DNA of 64,000 bases from a virus (lineage: Duplodnaviria > Caudoviricetes): the IMG/VR virus record IMGVR_UViG_3300031853_000025, positions 9,412 to 73,411 of that record; one strand, written 5' to 3'. A program made the position numbers and the translations under genes. Below are positions 28,190 through 38,165 of the stretch, in pieces (the stretch's first letter is position 1; each line of letters begins with the position of its first letter). The notes under the pieces are model-generated. The model saw nothing but the letters and a program-made list of their open reading frames with translations, ran no database searches and was not told the DNA's origin.

Positions 28190-28962
28190 TATGTAGTCTT
28201 AAAACTTAATTGCACTAATAATGAAAACAACTGTTGAATTATATTCTTATTATAAGAAATATCTAAACTCAATTTGTCATTTTCTGTGGCATCAAAAATC
28301 TCATATTTAGAGTTGCCATAGACGATGACAAATGAGGAACTTAGATTAAAAGCCCTATAATATTCAACCGGCAGCTTATAACTATTATAATCGTTATACA
28401 GTTGTCTTACGAATTGTAATGCGGGCAATGGTCCACTAGTATTCAATGTGTTTAATGCTTGGGTGATAGCATTTATCATGAAATCGAAATGCTTTTGTAC
28501 TCGATACCGATCGATTCCATTTATTTTTATTTTTGTTCCAAGCATATCTACCATTGAATATATTCTAATGGAATTTATATTAATAAAGTTACTAAATTGG
28601 TCTTCTAATGTATACTCTAAATAACCTATTCTAGTAACTTTAGCTAATCTATTTTTTACTATTATGTTAGAAGCATCTATCTCCAATACATCTGGTAACT
28701 GTATATTATTTACAGCTAAAAACTTTGAATTAGCGTCTTTTATAATATTATAAACTAACGCTTGAATATTTGGATCCTTTAATACATTTTCACTATAGTT
28801 TCTTTTTATCTCTTCGGTGTTGTTTTTCAAAAAATAATAGACCTTGCGATCTATTATTTTTTCATTAAATAGAATCTCTAATACGGCATCATGAATCTTA
28901 TAGATTCTAATGTCGTAGTCTACTAATAAAGACAGATTGGTTAAATATGGTTGAGTTACCAT
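28189..28962 (-). CDS. hypothetical protein (257 aa)
   Basis: Last gene of a tightly overlapping minus-strand operon. Confidence 0.7.
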   Translation of the reverse strand: MVTQPYLTNLSLLVDYDIRIYKIHDAVLEILFNEKIIDRKVYYFLKNNTEEIKRNYSENVLKDPNIQALVYNIIKDANSKFLAVNNIQLPDVLEIDASNIIVKNRLAKVTRIGYLEYTLEDQFSNFININSIRIYSMVDMLGTKIKINGIDRYRVQKHFDFMINAITQALNTLNTSGPLPALQFVRQLYNDYNSYKLPVEYYRAFNLSSSFVIVYGNSKYEIFDATENDKLSLDISYNKNIIQQLFSLLVQLSFKTT

Positions 28963-29474
28963 AAGAATGCACTCCTAGCTGGCGTTCTAACTACATAACT
29001 AGTTAGTTGTTGCCCGCTGCATACTTTCTCATGTAGCATTAAAAATGTATCCATATACTTAATGATGTTTGATACATCAAATAAATCTGTCTCATTTATA
29101 GACTTGAGATTGTCTAAGTCTTCTTTTAAGAAGACTAAATTACATCTCACACCGAAGTAGAATAGGAAACTATGAATGATTGTTTCTACTATGGGAATAT
29201 CGATTTTACGGTCGAATATAATAACTACATCCGAACCATTATATGCTTCAACAATTAACCCAAAGAGTTCATAAAATAACCCTTCGGATTTCTGAAATAA
29301 AGCGTCATGGAATTCTTTATCAAACTCAATGGAGTCTGAACTAAAATGCCTTAATACGGATAAGGCATTATTAAGATAATCCATATTATTAATATCGAAC
29401 ACCATTGGATTGTCTTTTAGTTCTTCTAAGAGAGAGTTAGCTATTTCTCTTTCCGAGAAGCTGATTGTCATCAT
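28956..29474 (-). CDS. hypothetical protein (172 aa)
   Basis: Overlaps both neighbours. Confidence 0.7.
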   Translation of the reverse strand: MMTISFSEREIANSLLEELKDNPMVFDINNMDYLNNALSVLRHFSSDSIEFDKEFHDALFQKSEGLFYELFGLIVEAYNGSDVVIIFDRKIDIPIVETIIHSFLFYFGVRCNLVFLKEDLDNLKSINETDLFDVSNIIKYMDTFLMLHEKVCSGQQLTSYVVRTPARSAFLW

Positions 29475-30183
29475 TCATAACACCCCATTCAAATGCTGGC
29501 ATCTTATGTGTCTGTAGAATACCACCATTAATTTTTCTATGCAAAAATAGCTTTGCATAGTAATTTCTCATTTCTGGAGACAGCATATTGTACTTATCCC
29601 CATATACTGAATACAAAATATAAGATTCAGATTCCGGAGGAAGTCTAGTATACTGATTTTGTAAAACTACATCAACAGTTCTAAGATCTACTACACCAAC
29701 ATTTAACAATCGTAATGCTGCACCAAGCACTGAGTATTCACTATTCTCAATACGATATGTGATATCCGTATCTCGGAATGTACGCCCTAGAGAACGATTT
29801 TGAATATACATCATCATTGCCGTAAAAAACGGAAAATCTGGATTCATCATATCATTCAATCCAACGTACATAAAAATCTGATTATGCATTGAGGATAGCA
29901 CAATCATATCCAGTGTTTGATTTAAATAATCATTCGATGCCAGATAATCTTGATACTGACAAATAAATGATTCAACACACTGAAGCTTAGTATAGCGACC
30001 ACTTTCCAAGTCATTTATTAACTCATAAACTGTTTCTGTTGGCGGTAATAGTATAGGCAAAGAAATGACTCCGGGCATCATTTTGATACCCGGGTCACAA
30101 TCTTCACTGACTATAACCACTCTAGTGTTTTGTGAATGCAAAGCATTCACAATAATATTCATATCACTAGTGATTATAATCAT
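29437..30183 (-). CDS. hypothetical protein (248 aa)
   Basis: ORF in operon; no motif recognised. Confidence 0.7.
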   Translation of the reverse strand: MIIITSDMNIIVNALHSQNTRVVIVSEDCDPGIKMMPGVISLPILLPPTETVYELINDLESGRYTKLQCVESFICQYQDYLASNDYLNQTLDMIVLSSMHNQIFMYVGLNDMMNPDFPFFTAMMMYIQNRSLGRTFRDTDITYRIENSEYSVLGAALRLLNVGVVDLRTVDVVLQNQYTRLPPESESYILYSVYGDKYNMLSPEMRNYYAKLFLHRKINGGILQTHKMPAFEWGVMNDDNQLLGKRNS

Positions 30184-30199
30184 ATCATCTCATCTCCAA

Positions 30200-32098
30200 T
30201 CAATAGTCACGACGTTTCTGCTTTTTGATAATTACAAAGTTTTCTTCATCTTCTTTACCGTAGATATCTTCTTCCAATGCAATTTTAATATCATTGATTG
30301 CATTATATAATTTATCGAAGTACGGTTTCACTTCATCATACTGTTCTTTAGTGATGGCTAATTTATCCAAATTCTTTTCATCAAGCTCTCCGCCATCCTG
30401 ATAGTTCATGCTAACCAAGAACACTGATGGAATAAATGAAGATACTAAATATTTATCTCTAACCATTTCTGGAGTCTGATCCATCTTATTAATGAATCGA
30501 GTCACTTCCTCTAACGAGAAAGGGCTACCATTTTCATTCTCATCTAAAAATGCCTGCGTGTTTTCCTTAATAGCCTCAATTAAATCTTTTACATTTTCCA
30601 TTTCAATAATCTCCTTTACTTCTTCAGCTTTACTAGTTATTTCATTGTCCTTTTCAGGTTGTTTTTCTACTTCAGCCTGAACTGGTTCAACTACATTAGT
30701 TTCTTCCTCAGAGTCATCTAACATAAGTACACGTTTTCTCTTTGGTTTAACTACAGTTAAGTTTTTCATTTGAGGTTTTGTACCAGTAAGTTCTTCTTCT
30801 GTATTAGAAGAATCATCATCCATAACCATACGACGTTTCTTAGGTTTGACTACTTTAAGCGTAGTCTCTTCTTCACGTTTCTTCTTTAATTCATCTTTAT
30901 GTGCTTCATAATCCTGAAGCTCAGATTCATTTCGTGATAAGAATGTGAAGTTACTATGCTTTTTATCTGTATCAAGAACTTTGTCTTTATCAATTGGGTC
31001 GATAGCTTTACCAATATTAAGAAGTTCTAACCCTCTTGATTTCTTAATACGAATAACTTCTTCTTCTTGAGCTTTGTTATATTGCTCAATCTGATTATTC
31101 GTATCCTTGATCAGATTATTAACGATAAAATCGTTATAAGTCATTCCAGTTTTTTCTGTAGGATGATTCTTCTCATACTGTTCTTTAGCCTCCGGACAAC
31201 TACTATCAAACATAACTTCATTAGTTTCCGGATCGATAAATTTGATACCCATAGTATTCTCCCTTTTCCGTGGCACACGCACTGCCAGCTTTGGTTTGCC
31301 TTTAAATTCAGCGGCTTTAGCTGGCCTACCACAATCCAAACATACTAAACTATTATAACCAGCGGTATATCCTATTCTACCGCCACAATACTTAAGATGC
31401 TTTGGATCACTCATATCTGCTATCCCTCGACAGTATAATGTCTCTGGGTCTATTAGATACATATCTGCATAGTCTAAAAGAACTGGGCCAAATCCTGGAC
31501 GAACTCCCCAGTTCTTAAATACCTTAGTCCCAAAATCATCTATGACAAATCTCTTGATAAACTTCTGGATAATCTCATATACATCTCCACGGATTTCCCA
31601 GAATTGATCAAGATTTAGAATCGGAATAACTCGTTCATATACACCAATATTACCATGCTTGTCAATATCAAAACACTTGCATACAAATGGTTTCAAATAC
31701 TTTTGATTGACAATTTCATTTGGCATATTTGCTTTAGCAGCCCTGTCTAAAGCAACTTTAACAACGAACTTATCACTCCACAACGGAACATAGACAACTC
31801 GATTAGTTCCACAATGTCCTCTCTTATACCCCTTAGGTTTAAAGATGGAATCGAGAACCTCAAACTTTTGTCTAAATCTCCAACCACTCTTTTTCGTCAG
31901 AGCTTCGATTTCTTCGATTTCTTCTGGACTTAGAAGCATATCTACTGAAGGGCCTTGAAGTTCATCAAATGCGATTTCCGATGCGGTTCTATATCGCAAT
32001 GCTTCATAAAGCCCTTCAACCCATACATACCTTAAGTCTATCTTTGTATGCTGCAAGTTATACCTTAGGTCATCAATTAGAGTGCTGTTTAGTTGCAT
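30200..32098 (-). CDS. protein kinase-like domain plus Cys-rich zinc finger plus acidic tail (632 aa)
   Basis: GHCGTNRVVY (Gly loop), VVKVA (catalytic Lys), NEI, DDFGTKVFKNWG (catalytic-loop-like), VLLDY (DFG-like); YCRG/YCGG/CLDC cysteines. GGAGGG RBS favours ATG 32098. Confidence 0.6.
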   Translation of the reverse strand: MQLNSTLIDDLRYNLQHTKIDLRYVWVEGLYEALRYRTASEIAFDELQGPSVDMLLSPEEIEEIEALTKKSGWRFRQKFEVLDSIFKPKGYKRGHCGTNRVVYVPLWSDKFVVKVALDRAAKANMPNEIVNQKYLKPFVCKCFDIDKHGNIGVYERVIPILNLDQFWEIRGDVYEIIQKFIKRFVIDDFGTKVFKNWGVRPGFGPVLLDYADMYLIDPETLYCRGIADMSDPKHLKYCGGRIGYTAGYNSLVCLDCGRPAKAAEFKGKPKLAVRVPRKRENTMGIKFIDPETNEVMFDSSCPEAKEQYEKNHPTEKTGMTYNDFIVNNLIKDTNNQIEQYNKAQEEEVIRIKKSRGLELLNIGKAIDPIDKDKVLDTDKKHSNFTFLSRNESELQDYEAHKDELKKKREEETTLKVVKPKKRRMVMDDDSSNTEEELTGTKPQMKNLTVVKPKRKRVLMLDDSEEETNVVEPVQAEVEKQPEKDNEITSKAEEVKEIIEMENVKDLIEAIKENTQAFLDENENGSPFSLEEVTRFINKMDQTPEMVRDKYLVSSFIPSVFLVSMNYQDGGELDEKNLDKLAITKEQYDEVKPYFDKLYNAINDIKIALEEDIYGKEDEENFVIIKKQKRRDY

Positions 32099-34298
32099 CG
32101 TAAGTCCCTCCCAGCTCTTTGGTGACCCACATCGTATATTCACCATTTGAACTTAGAGTTTTATCATATTCCTCCTTGGTTATATCTTCTATCGTCATTG
32201 TACTATGATATGGGTCAAATTCTGGATTTTTGATCCAAGCATCGTCATCATCAGGCAGTGGACGATTTACCTGATTAAATTGCTCAATAATAGAGTTATC
32301 AAATTCTACTCTATCTCTATTATAGGCTCTCCCTAAGTTATCTGGTGTATCAATACTTAAAAGACCTTTATTCATTGCCTCCTTAAAAGAATCATTAGTA
32401 TCATACTCTGAAAGTAAATCAGACAAAGCGCCAATCTTAGTTTTCAGACCATAATTCTGAAGAGTTTCTCCAAACTCTCTATGGTCATACATTCTCTCTA
32501 AGTGTCTTGGAACTTTAGCAGCTTCAGCCGCAGCTAAACCACTCGTAATTAAATCACCAATGATTTTACCACGCTTAGTCTTATCTGTTTCTTTCAAATC
32601 TTGAATCTCCATCAATCTAGCAGTGAACGGACAACGTCTAATATCAATAGCATTTACATAATGCTTTTGGCTATTACGCCATTCTAATTCAGACGCTTCA
32701 ATGAAAGTTTGTTCAATCTCCTTTCTTCTTCTAGACCAGAATAACAGTCTCTTTTCTTTCTGGTTTAAATCTTTCTCACGTTTATCAAATCTAGGAATAT
32801 AATCCGGATAGTCTTCTGGCTTTTCTCTAGATAATTCTTCTGCTTTGATGGATGCTCTAGTCGCATATTCTGGACGTTTCAAAATTTCATTAAATCCAAA
32901 TGGATCTTCAGCTGTCACCTCTTCTAAAATCTTCTCATAATCCTTTCCAGTTTGATATGCTAATGCTAAAGCATAACGTTCATACGTAACTCTCTGGGTT
33001 TCTATCATTTCCTTTCGACGATCAAAGTTAGCAGCAAAACGTTGAATCTCCTGCTGCTTATTTAATATAGCTTGGAATAATACACGATTTTCTCCTGTAA
33101 GATAGCTTCCGTATTCTCTAAACCATTGCCGATTAATAGAATTCTTATTGATTTCTTCAATCGGCATGGAATCAGCTGCTTCAGGATGCCTACGTACATT
33201 ATACCGTTCCATAGAACGGTGTTCAAAATCCACAAGTCGTTGATTATAATTTTTGATCAACCAGTTTGTTTTAAGCATATTTATTTCCTGGTTAAACTCT
33301 TCTTGTGAATTATACGTCTTAGCCATTTTAGATAATTCGTCCAGCTGTTTCTGAATGTTCTGTAGCTTATAATTGAATTCTCCTACAACACGTTTATCAA
33401 TCAACCATGGAGAATTCAGCTGTTGAATGATCTTTTCTCTTTCAAGCTGTAGATCAGCAGTCTGATTAAAGATCTCCTGCTTATGTTCTTCAGCATACTT
33501 TCTGGCTTCGTATGCTTTGAGTTCTTCTTCCGAATTATCTTTCGGAGGCTGAACGCTCATCTGTGGCACATATACATATTCCTGAAGACGAGTTGGAAGA
33601 ACAGCCGATGTTTGAATCGGCATATCGGCTTTAGGGAATGGTACAGTCTGATAGTTATGCTGAACCGGTTGGCCTACAGCAATCATAAATTCATAATTTG
33701 AATTTGTAACCATCATCGGTCGTTGCTGCATATTATATAGATCGGTATAAATCGGTCTAGCATCAAACTGCCCAGTCTTTTGGAAGCTTTCAGTTCTCTC
33801 TGCGTCTTCATCATATTGAAAAGCTTCCGGTATTGGTTGACCATTTCTAAAATATGGTCTATTTGGACTAGATAAGAATCTAGTCCCTGGTTGGATTTTA
33901 AATCCTCCACCAGTCGGATCTAAACCCATGCTAAGACAACGATCTTCAAGCAGCTCCAATTCATGGAGCTGCTTGTTGGTGTTGTTGTTATAACACATGC
34001 GTGCTACATCTTCATATGTGGAAAATTCATTCCATGGAGGAATAGGTCTTTCTAATCCACATACAACGCTATTTACGTAGTTTCTATACATCTCAGACAA
34101 ACCAATATCGCTGTTTAATGGATTACCATTAACCATATATGTAGCCTCATTGTTTGACTGATTAATAGCTGTCTCAATGCTATCAGTATCATAGATATCT
34201 TCTGAAATTCCTCCAGAAAAATCTCCTTGAGACTTAGGAGTGAATGTTGTGGGATTTGAATAAACATCAAATCCCACAAAAGCCTGTTTCTTCTTCAT
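32073..34298 (-). CDS. hypothetical protein, coiled-coil rich (741 aa)
   Basis: Long ORF; no family recognised. Confidence 0.7.
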   Translation of the reverse strand: MKKKQAFVGFDVYSNPTTFTPKSQGDFSGGISEDIYDTDSIETAINQSNNEATYMVNGNPLNSDIGLSEMYRNYVNSVVCGLERPIPPWNEFSTYEDVARMCYNNNTNKQLHELELLEDRCLSMGLDPTGGGFKIQPGTRFLSSPNRPYFRNGQPIPEAFQYDEDAERTESFQKTGQFDARPIYTDLYNMQQRPMMVTNSNYEFMIAVGQPVQHNYQTVPFPKADMPIQTSAVLPTRLQEYVYVPQMSVQPPKDNSEEELKAYEARKYAEEHKQEIFNQTADLQLEREKIIQQLNSPWLIDKRVVGEFNYKLQNIQKQLDELSKMAKTYNSQEEFNQEINMLKTNWLIKNYNQRLVDFEHRSMERYNVRRHPEAADSMPIEEINKNSINRQWFREYGSYLTGENRVLFQAILNKQQEIQRFAANFDRRKEMIETQRVTYERYALALAYQTGKDYEKILEEVTAEDPFGFNEILKRPEYATRASIKAEELSREKPEDYPDYIPRFDKREKDLNQKEKRLLFWSRRRKEIEQTFIEASELEWRNSQKHYVNAIDIRRCPFTARLMEIQDLKETDKTKRGKIIGDLITSGLAAAEAAKVPRHLERMYDHREFGETLQNYGLKTKIGALSDLLSEYDTNDSFKEAMNKGLLSIDTPDNLGRAYNRDRVEFDNSIIEQFNQVNRPLPDDDDAWIKNPEFDPYHSTMTIEDITKEEYDKTLSSNGEYTMWVTKELGGTYDATKQHSN

Positions 34299-34303
34299 AC
34301 AAC

Positions 34304-34852
34304 TTACCCCTTTAACTTGGAGAAAAGAGTTTTCATAAAAGATTCTTTATCTGGCACCAAATTAATAATCTGATTAGCGATATAAAGAATTTTATTTCTG
34401 TCTGTCTCCATTACCAGTCTAGCATATAACTCATTGATCTTTTCTTCTACCGTTCTAAAATCTGTTGCAGGAGAAAAGGTAATTTGATTAGTTACTCCTG
34501 TGTTTCCATACAAATTATTTGCTACAGATGGCTGATATGCTACCGTAGCCTTTGAAAATTCTTCTTTAGGCTGGTCTTCGGCAGTCTCTCTAATACCAGC
34601 AAACAATTTGAATGCTTTCTTTTTATTCGTTTCCGTTTTTACTTCTGCTGTTTTATTAGTCTCCTCTCTTCTTTCACAATTATCGTTTAAATTCGATGAC
34701 GGCGAAACTACATTATTAATTTGAGTATTTTCTATTTCTTTTTTTGGTTCTGAATCGGTGCATTCATAACGACGACGATTTTCTTCACATGTTTTCAGTA
34801 TTCCAGAAACAGCGGCCGAAAGCTGATCATGTAAACTCTTTTCTGTAGTCAT
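34304..34852 (-). CDS. hypothetical protein (182 aa)
   Basis: First gene of the operon; AAGGAGAGG RBS. Confidence 0.7.
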   Translation of the reverse strand: MTTEKSLHDQLSAAVSGILKTCEENRRRYECTDSEPKKEIENTQINNVVSPSSNLNDNCERREETNKTAEVKTETNKKKAFKLFAGIRETAEDQPKEEFSKATVAYQPSVANNLYGNTGVTNQITFSPATDFRTVEEKINELYARLVMETDRNKILYIANQIINLVPDKESFMKTLFSKLKG

Positions 34853-34898
34853 AATAAACCTCTCCTTTACATAAGTAAATAAAATAATAATGGATCTT

Positions 34899-34917
34899 AC
34901 TCACAAATATAATATAC
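34899..34917 (-). promoter_or_regulatory. early-type promoter variant
   Basis: GTATATTATATTTGTGAGT, close to the cassette consensus, 47 nt upstream of ATG 34852. Confidence 0.5.
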
Positions 34918-34989
34918 GGTTAAATATGAATTTAGCAATTGATATTTTGCATATTCATTTATTGCTTATTTACTATGATGATGAATTTA

Positions 34990-35018
34990 TAGGAGAAGAG
35001 CGTTATACTCTTCTCCTA
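34990..35018. terminator. hairpin/terminator insulating cassette E
   Basis: TAGGAGAAGAG/CTCTTCTCCTA. Confidence 0.7.
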
Positions 35019-35038
35019 ATAAACTTAATATTTTTTTC

Positions 35039-35058
35039 ATATATTATAATTGTGAATG
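35039..35058 (+). promoter_or_regulatory. early-type promoter (cassette E)
   Basis: Exact ATATATTATAATTGTGAATG, as at 3904 and 49386. Confidence 0.75.
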
Positions 35059-35087
35059 ACCTGTAAAGATGAAAGGGGAGGCTCATT

Positions 35088-35267
35088 ATGAAGAGAAAAG
35101 ATATAGAGGCGCTTACGTGGAGGGAACTTGTCGACGGGCAAGCCCCAGAACTGGAAATGTTTTTTCCAGAAACAATGTGGTATTATAATGAAGCAAAAGA
35201 TGAGGAGTGGAGCTCCTACTATTTTAAGAAAGAGAGGAGGGAGATATTAAAGCAATTAGTATTCTGA
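35088..35267 (+). CDS. small early-cassette protein E (59 aa; below the ORF-track cutoff)
   Basis: MKRKDIEALTWRELVDGQAPELEMFFPETMWYYNEAKDEEWSSYYFKKERREILKQLVF; GGGGAGG RBS; between promoter and terminator. Confidence 0.75.
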   Translation: MKRKDIEALTWRELVDGQAPELEMFFPETMWYYNEAKDEEWSSYYFKKERREILKQLVF

Positions 35268-35276
35268 TAAAATAAA

Positions 35277-35301
35277 GGGAATTGGATTTACTCCAATTCC
35301 C
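35277..35301. terminator. bidirectional terminator
   Basis: GGGAATTGGA-TTTAC-TCCAATTCCC; near-identical to the one at 49473. Confidence 0.8.
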
Positions 35302-35313
35302 CTTATTTATTTT

Positions 35314-35784
35314 TTATTTTTCTGCGGCTAATTGAAGCCCCTTATTAATACAATCATATTTAAGATACTTCATAAAACGATCAAGTTCACCTAGCTTAGT
35401 TGGCATCTTTGTATAATCATTTTTCGATTCCGCTGCTTCTTTAATGAAATGAACTTGTGCGTTAGGAATCGTAACCACATAGTCATATTCACTACGATCT
35501 TCGATATTGTTTTGAGCACAAATATCATCAAAGCATTTAGCAATATCCAAATCTTCATCTCTTGAATTTGCTGTTGCATAACGGAAGATATCATAAAGAT
35601 TAATGCAAAGACATTTTTTACCATTTACTGAATTTTCAAATACAGGAATCTGTTCTGCTTCAATACGGTTCCTTCTATCAAGTGTAACTAACGCTTCAGT
35701 AAATTCTTTTACTTCATTAGAGTCTACACTTGTGTTTTCTACTAAAAACATATTTTGCAGCTCCTTCTTAATATCAAAATTCAT
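35314..35784 (-). CDS. hypothetical protein, probably late/virion (156 aa)
   Basis: ORF with GAGG RBS and a late-type promoter. Confidence 0.65.
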   Translation of the reverse strand: MNFDIKKELQNMFLVENTSVDSNEVKEFTEALVTLDRRNRIEAEQIPVFENSVNGKKCLCINLYDIFRYATANSRDEDLDIAKCFDDICAQNNIEDRSEYDYVVTIPNAQVHFIKEAAESKNDYTKMPTKLGELDRFMKYLKYDCINKGLQLAAEK

Positions 35785-35827
35785 ATATAATAAACCTCAC
35801 TTTCTTTTTTGTAACCTAAAATAGATT

Positions 35828-35839
35828 TACTATTATGTT
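35828..35839 (-). promoter_or_regulatory. late-type promoter AACA-N6-TA
   Basis: AACATAATAGTA 44 nt upstream of ATG 35784. Confidence 0.6.
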
Positions 35840-35850
35840 TTTGCTATCAA

Positions 35851-37377
35851 CTATACGTCTACTTCAAATTTCCAATTTACTGTCGGTGAATTTTTTAATG
35901 TATACATCCCATGCTTATATATAAGCATAGAAAACAATTTAGTTACATTTTCATCATTAAATCCACCAGAAAAATTATATAAATTAGGTTGATATGTTAG
36001 ATTGTTTAAAAAATTAGTTTTTGCATTTTCTACTAAAGTCTGTTTCTCCGAATCTGTTTTATTAGCTAGTTCATTTATTTGTTTATCATACTCAGTTTTA
36101 TCACCATAGTAATTCTTTGAAAGTTCACTATAATAATCCGTTAAATAAGAATACAATATTTCAAATATTTGTGCCGGTGAATGCTCTTCTAACTTACTGA
36201 AATCATAATAATTTGATTTATTAACAGTATACCAATCATAATTAGAAATGAGTGTGGAGTCGCTTAAAGTATAAAAATTACAATCATTTGTAGTTTTTTG
36301 GTAGACAAATGGTGAAGAAGATGTACTGTTGCCTATCATGAGTTTGTTATCTTTTGTTGAAAAATAATAGAAAAAGTTATTTGTACTGCCTCTAACTAAT
36401 GGGTTTATTAAATAAAAATAAGAACCTGCATTGGTTTTTATTTTTTCAATTATTGAATCACTAGGTAATCTATCGCTAAAAAGAAAATCACCAATATCTG
36501 CTAGAAATGTTTTTGTTGGTTCTTTTTCACTTAAATAAAAAAACTTTACAGTATCTCTATCTGTACCACTATAATCAGTGATTTTCATTTGTTCATTTAA
36601 AATTTTAAAATCACTGTCTTTAAGATATAAATTAGTTAATACACTGTTTCTTTCAAGCTCATTAAAATTACTCAAACCATTTGTTTTATCTATTATAATA
36701 CACATGTTTTGGGTATCAAATGTAGTTTCACCAATACATTCATATGATACATCTGAAGATGAATACGTAGGTATATATTTTATGGTAAGTTTCTTCTTAT
36801 TACTAAAAGTTAAATTACTTATAGAAACATCAGATTTAAGATTTAATTTTATGCTATCAGTAGCAATATCTATACTAGAGAATAATTTATCATTTTCTAA
36901 GTCTACATGATTACCTGTACTCCAATCAACGGTAAAATTCTGTTTAGTCATTACATATTTAGACGGAAATTGGGGAGGGGCGGTACAAGCTTCACCTGTT
37001 ACATATAAAGCATCATTGGTTGAATCAATTTTTGCAGTATAAATATTAGATGGTAAATAACCGGATTCTAACGTTGGCTCAATTTTAAATGAACTTTTTG
37101 TCATTCCTAGATCATCATTATGAATGGTTGTTAATTCATTATCTCCATCTAATAAAGAAATTTTAACACTCTTAGCATGTAATGCTGGGTCAATTGTGAC
37201 CTTTTTAAAATTAAATACACTACTAAAATCTGCACTAGTGCTTGAAGAAGATAAATTCTTAATCTGTCCAGCCATTTCAGATGGTTTATATTTTACTACT
37301 GTGCCATTCTTTTCACGTATTGCGTCACCAATTTTGGTTAGTGTGGCTGCACTAACCAATACATTGTCGTTTGCCAT
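35851..37377 (-). CDS. hypothetical, possibly tail-associated protein (508 aa)
   Basis: N-terminus ATLTKIGDAIREKNGTVVKYKPSEMAGQI resembles a leader motif recalled from Firmicutes phage tail-associated proteins. Confidence 0.55.
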   Translation of the reverse strand: MANDNVLVSAATLTKIGDAIREKNGTVVKYKPSEMAGQIKNLSSSSTSADFSSVFNFKKVTIDPALHAKSVKISLLDGDNELTTIHNDDLGMTKSSFKIEPTLESGYLPSNIYTAKIDSTNDALYVTGEACTAPPQFPSKYVMTKQNFTVDWSTGNHVDLENDKLFSSIDIATDSIKLNLKSDVSISNLTFSNKKKLTIKYIPTYSSSDVSYECIGETTFDTQNMCIIIDKTNGLSNFNELERNSVLTNLYLKDSDFKILNEQMKITDYSGTDRDTVKFFYLSEKEPTKTFLADIGDFLFSDRLPSDSIIEKIKTNAGSYFYLINPLVRGSTNNFFYYFSTKDNKLMIGNSTSSSPFVYQKTTNDCNFYTLSDSTLISNYDWYTVNKSNYYDFSKLEEHSPAQIFEILYSYLTDYYSELSKNYYGDKTEYDKQINELANKTDSEKQTLVENAKTNFLNNLTYQPNLYNFSGGFNDENVTKLFSMLIYKHGMYTLKNSPTVNWKFEVDV

Positions 37378-37384
37378 TTATTTG

Positions 37385-38116
37385 TCACCTCCGAGAATAA
37401 AATTTCTCAATCATTTTCTTCTTGCATTCTTTAAGAAGATTAATAATTTCTTCATTAAGATCTTTAGAGTATCCATCGTTAATATATAGCTCTTTATGAG
37501 CTAAGATTTCTTTATATTTATCATAATCAAATTCTTTACTAGCTCTTTCGATTTCATTTAGCATATCATTCTGTTCAATTGTAAAGAACGGTTTATATGC
37601 TTCTACAAATAATTTATAATTACCAAATACATGAGTTGTCGGAATAAAAATAACTCCATTATGAACTAACTCATGAATAGTTTCAGATAATGGAATTAGT
37701 CCAACCATATTATTATAATGAAGCCACATGACTTCTTTAGCTACATTATCTTCATCTAATGGTTCACCAGCTGCTTGACGTTTACGAAATACAATTAAGC
37801 AAATATCATATAGCGTTAATGGATCATGATGAATTTCAATTTTAATATTATTCGTTAAATTGTTCGATACGTTCATATATATAGTGCATCGATTCATTTC
37901 AAAAGCATTTCTTAAGTATTGAATATATTCTCTGTATTCAATAGAACCACGGATAGTTTGTTCCAAGTACTTAATATATTTAGTAAAGTCTTTTGAGTCT
38001 TTAAACTCCCAGTCTTCTAGATTATATTCTGGAATATCAGTCATATTTAAGATCTCAGATGGCTCATTTGAATTTACAAATAATTGATTCATTCTAGGAT
38101 CTCTCATTAAATTCAC
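37385..38116 (-). CDS. hypothetical protein with HNH-like His pattern (paralog of 27030-27695)
   Basis: IEIHHDPLTLYDI...VGLIPLSETIHELVHN...FGNYKLFV. Confidence 0.65.
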   Translation of the reverse strand: MNLMRDPRMNQLFVNSNEPSEILNMTDIPEYNLEDWEFKDSKDFTKYIKYLEQTIRGSIEYREYIQYLRNAFEMNRCTIYMNVSNNLTNNIKIEIHHDPLTLYDICLIVFRKRQAAGEPLDEDNVAKEVMWLHYNNMVGLIPLSETIHELVHNGVIFIPTTHVFGNYKLFVEAYKPFFTIEQNDMLNEIERASKEFDYDKYKEILAHKELYINDGYSKDLNEEIINLLKECKKKMIEKFYSRR

Positions 38117-38133
38117 CTCTAATTATAAAAAAT

Positions 38134-38156
38134 AAAGAGCCTAAGGTAGGCTCTTT
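38134..38156. terminator. terminator hairpin
   Basis: AAAGAGCCTA-AGG-TAGGCTCTTT. Confidence 0.75.
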
Positions 38157-38165
38157 AAATTTCTG

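Noticed and set aside
30731-30853. SV40-like nuclear localisation signals implying a eukaryotic host
   Set aside because: All other signals (RBSs, amidase, NrdD/NrdG) are bacterial; the resemblance is treated as coincidental.
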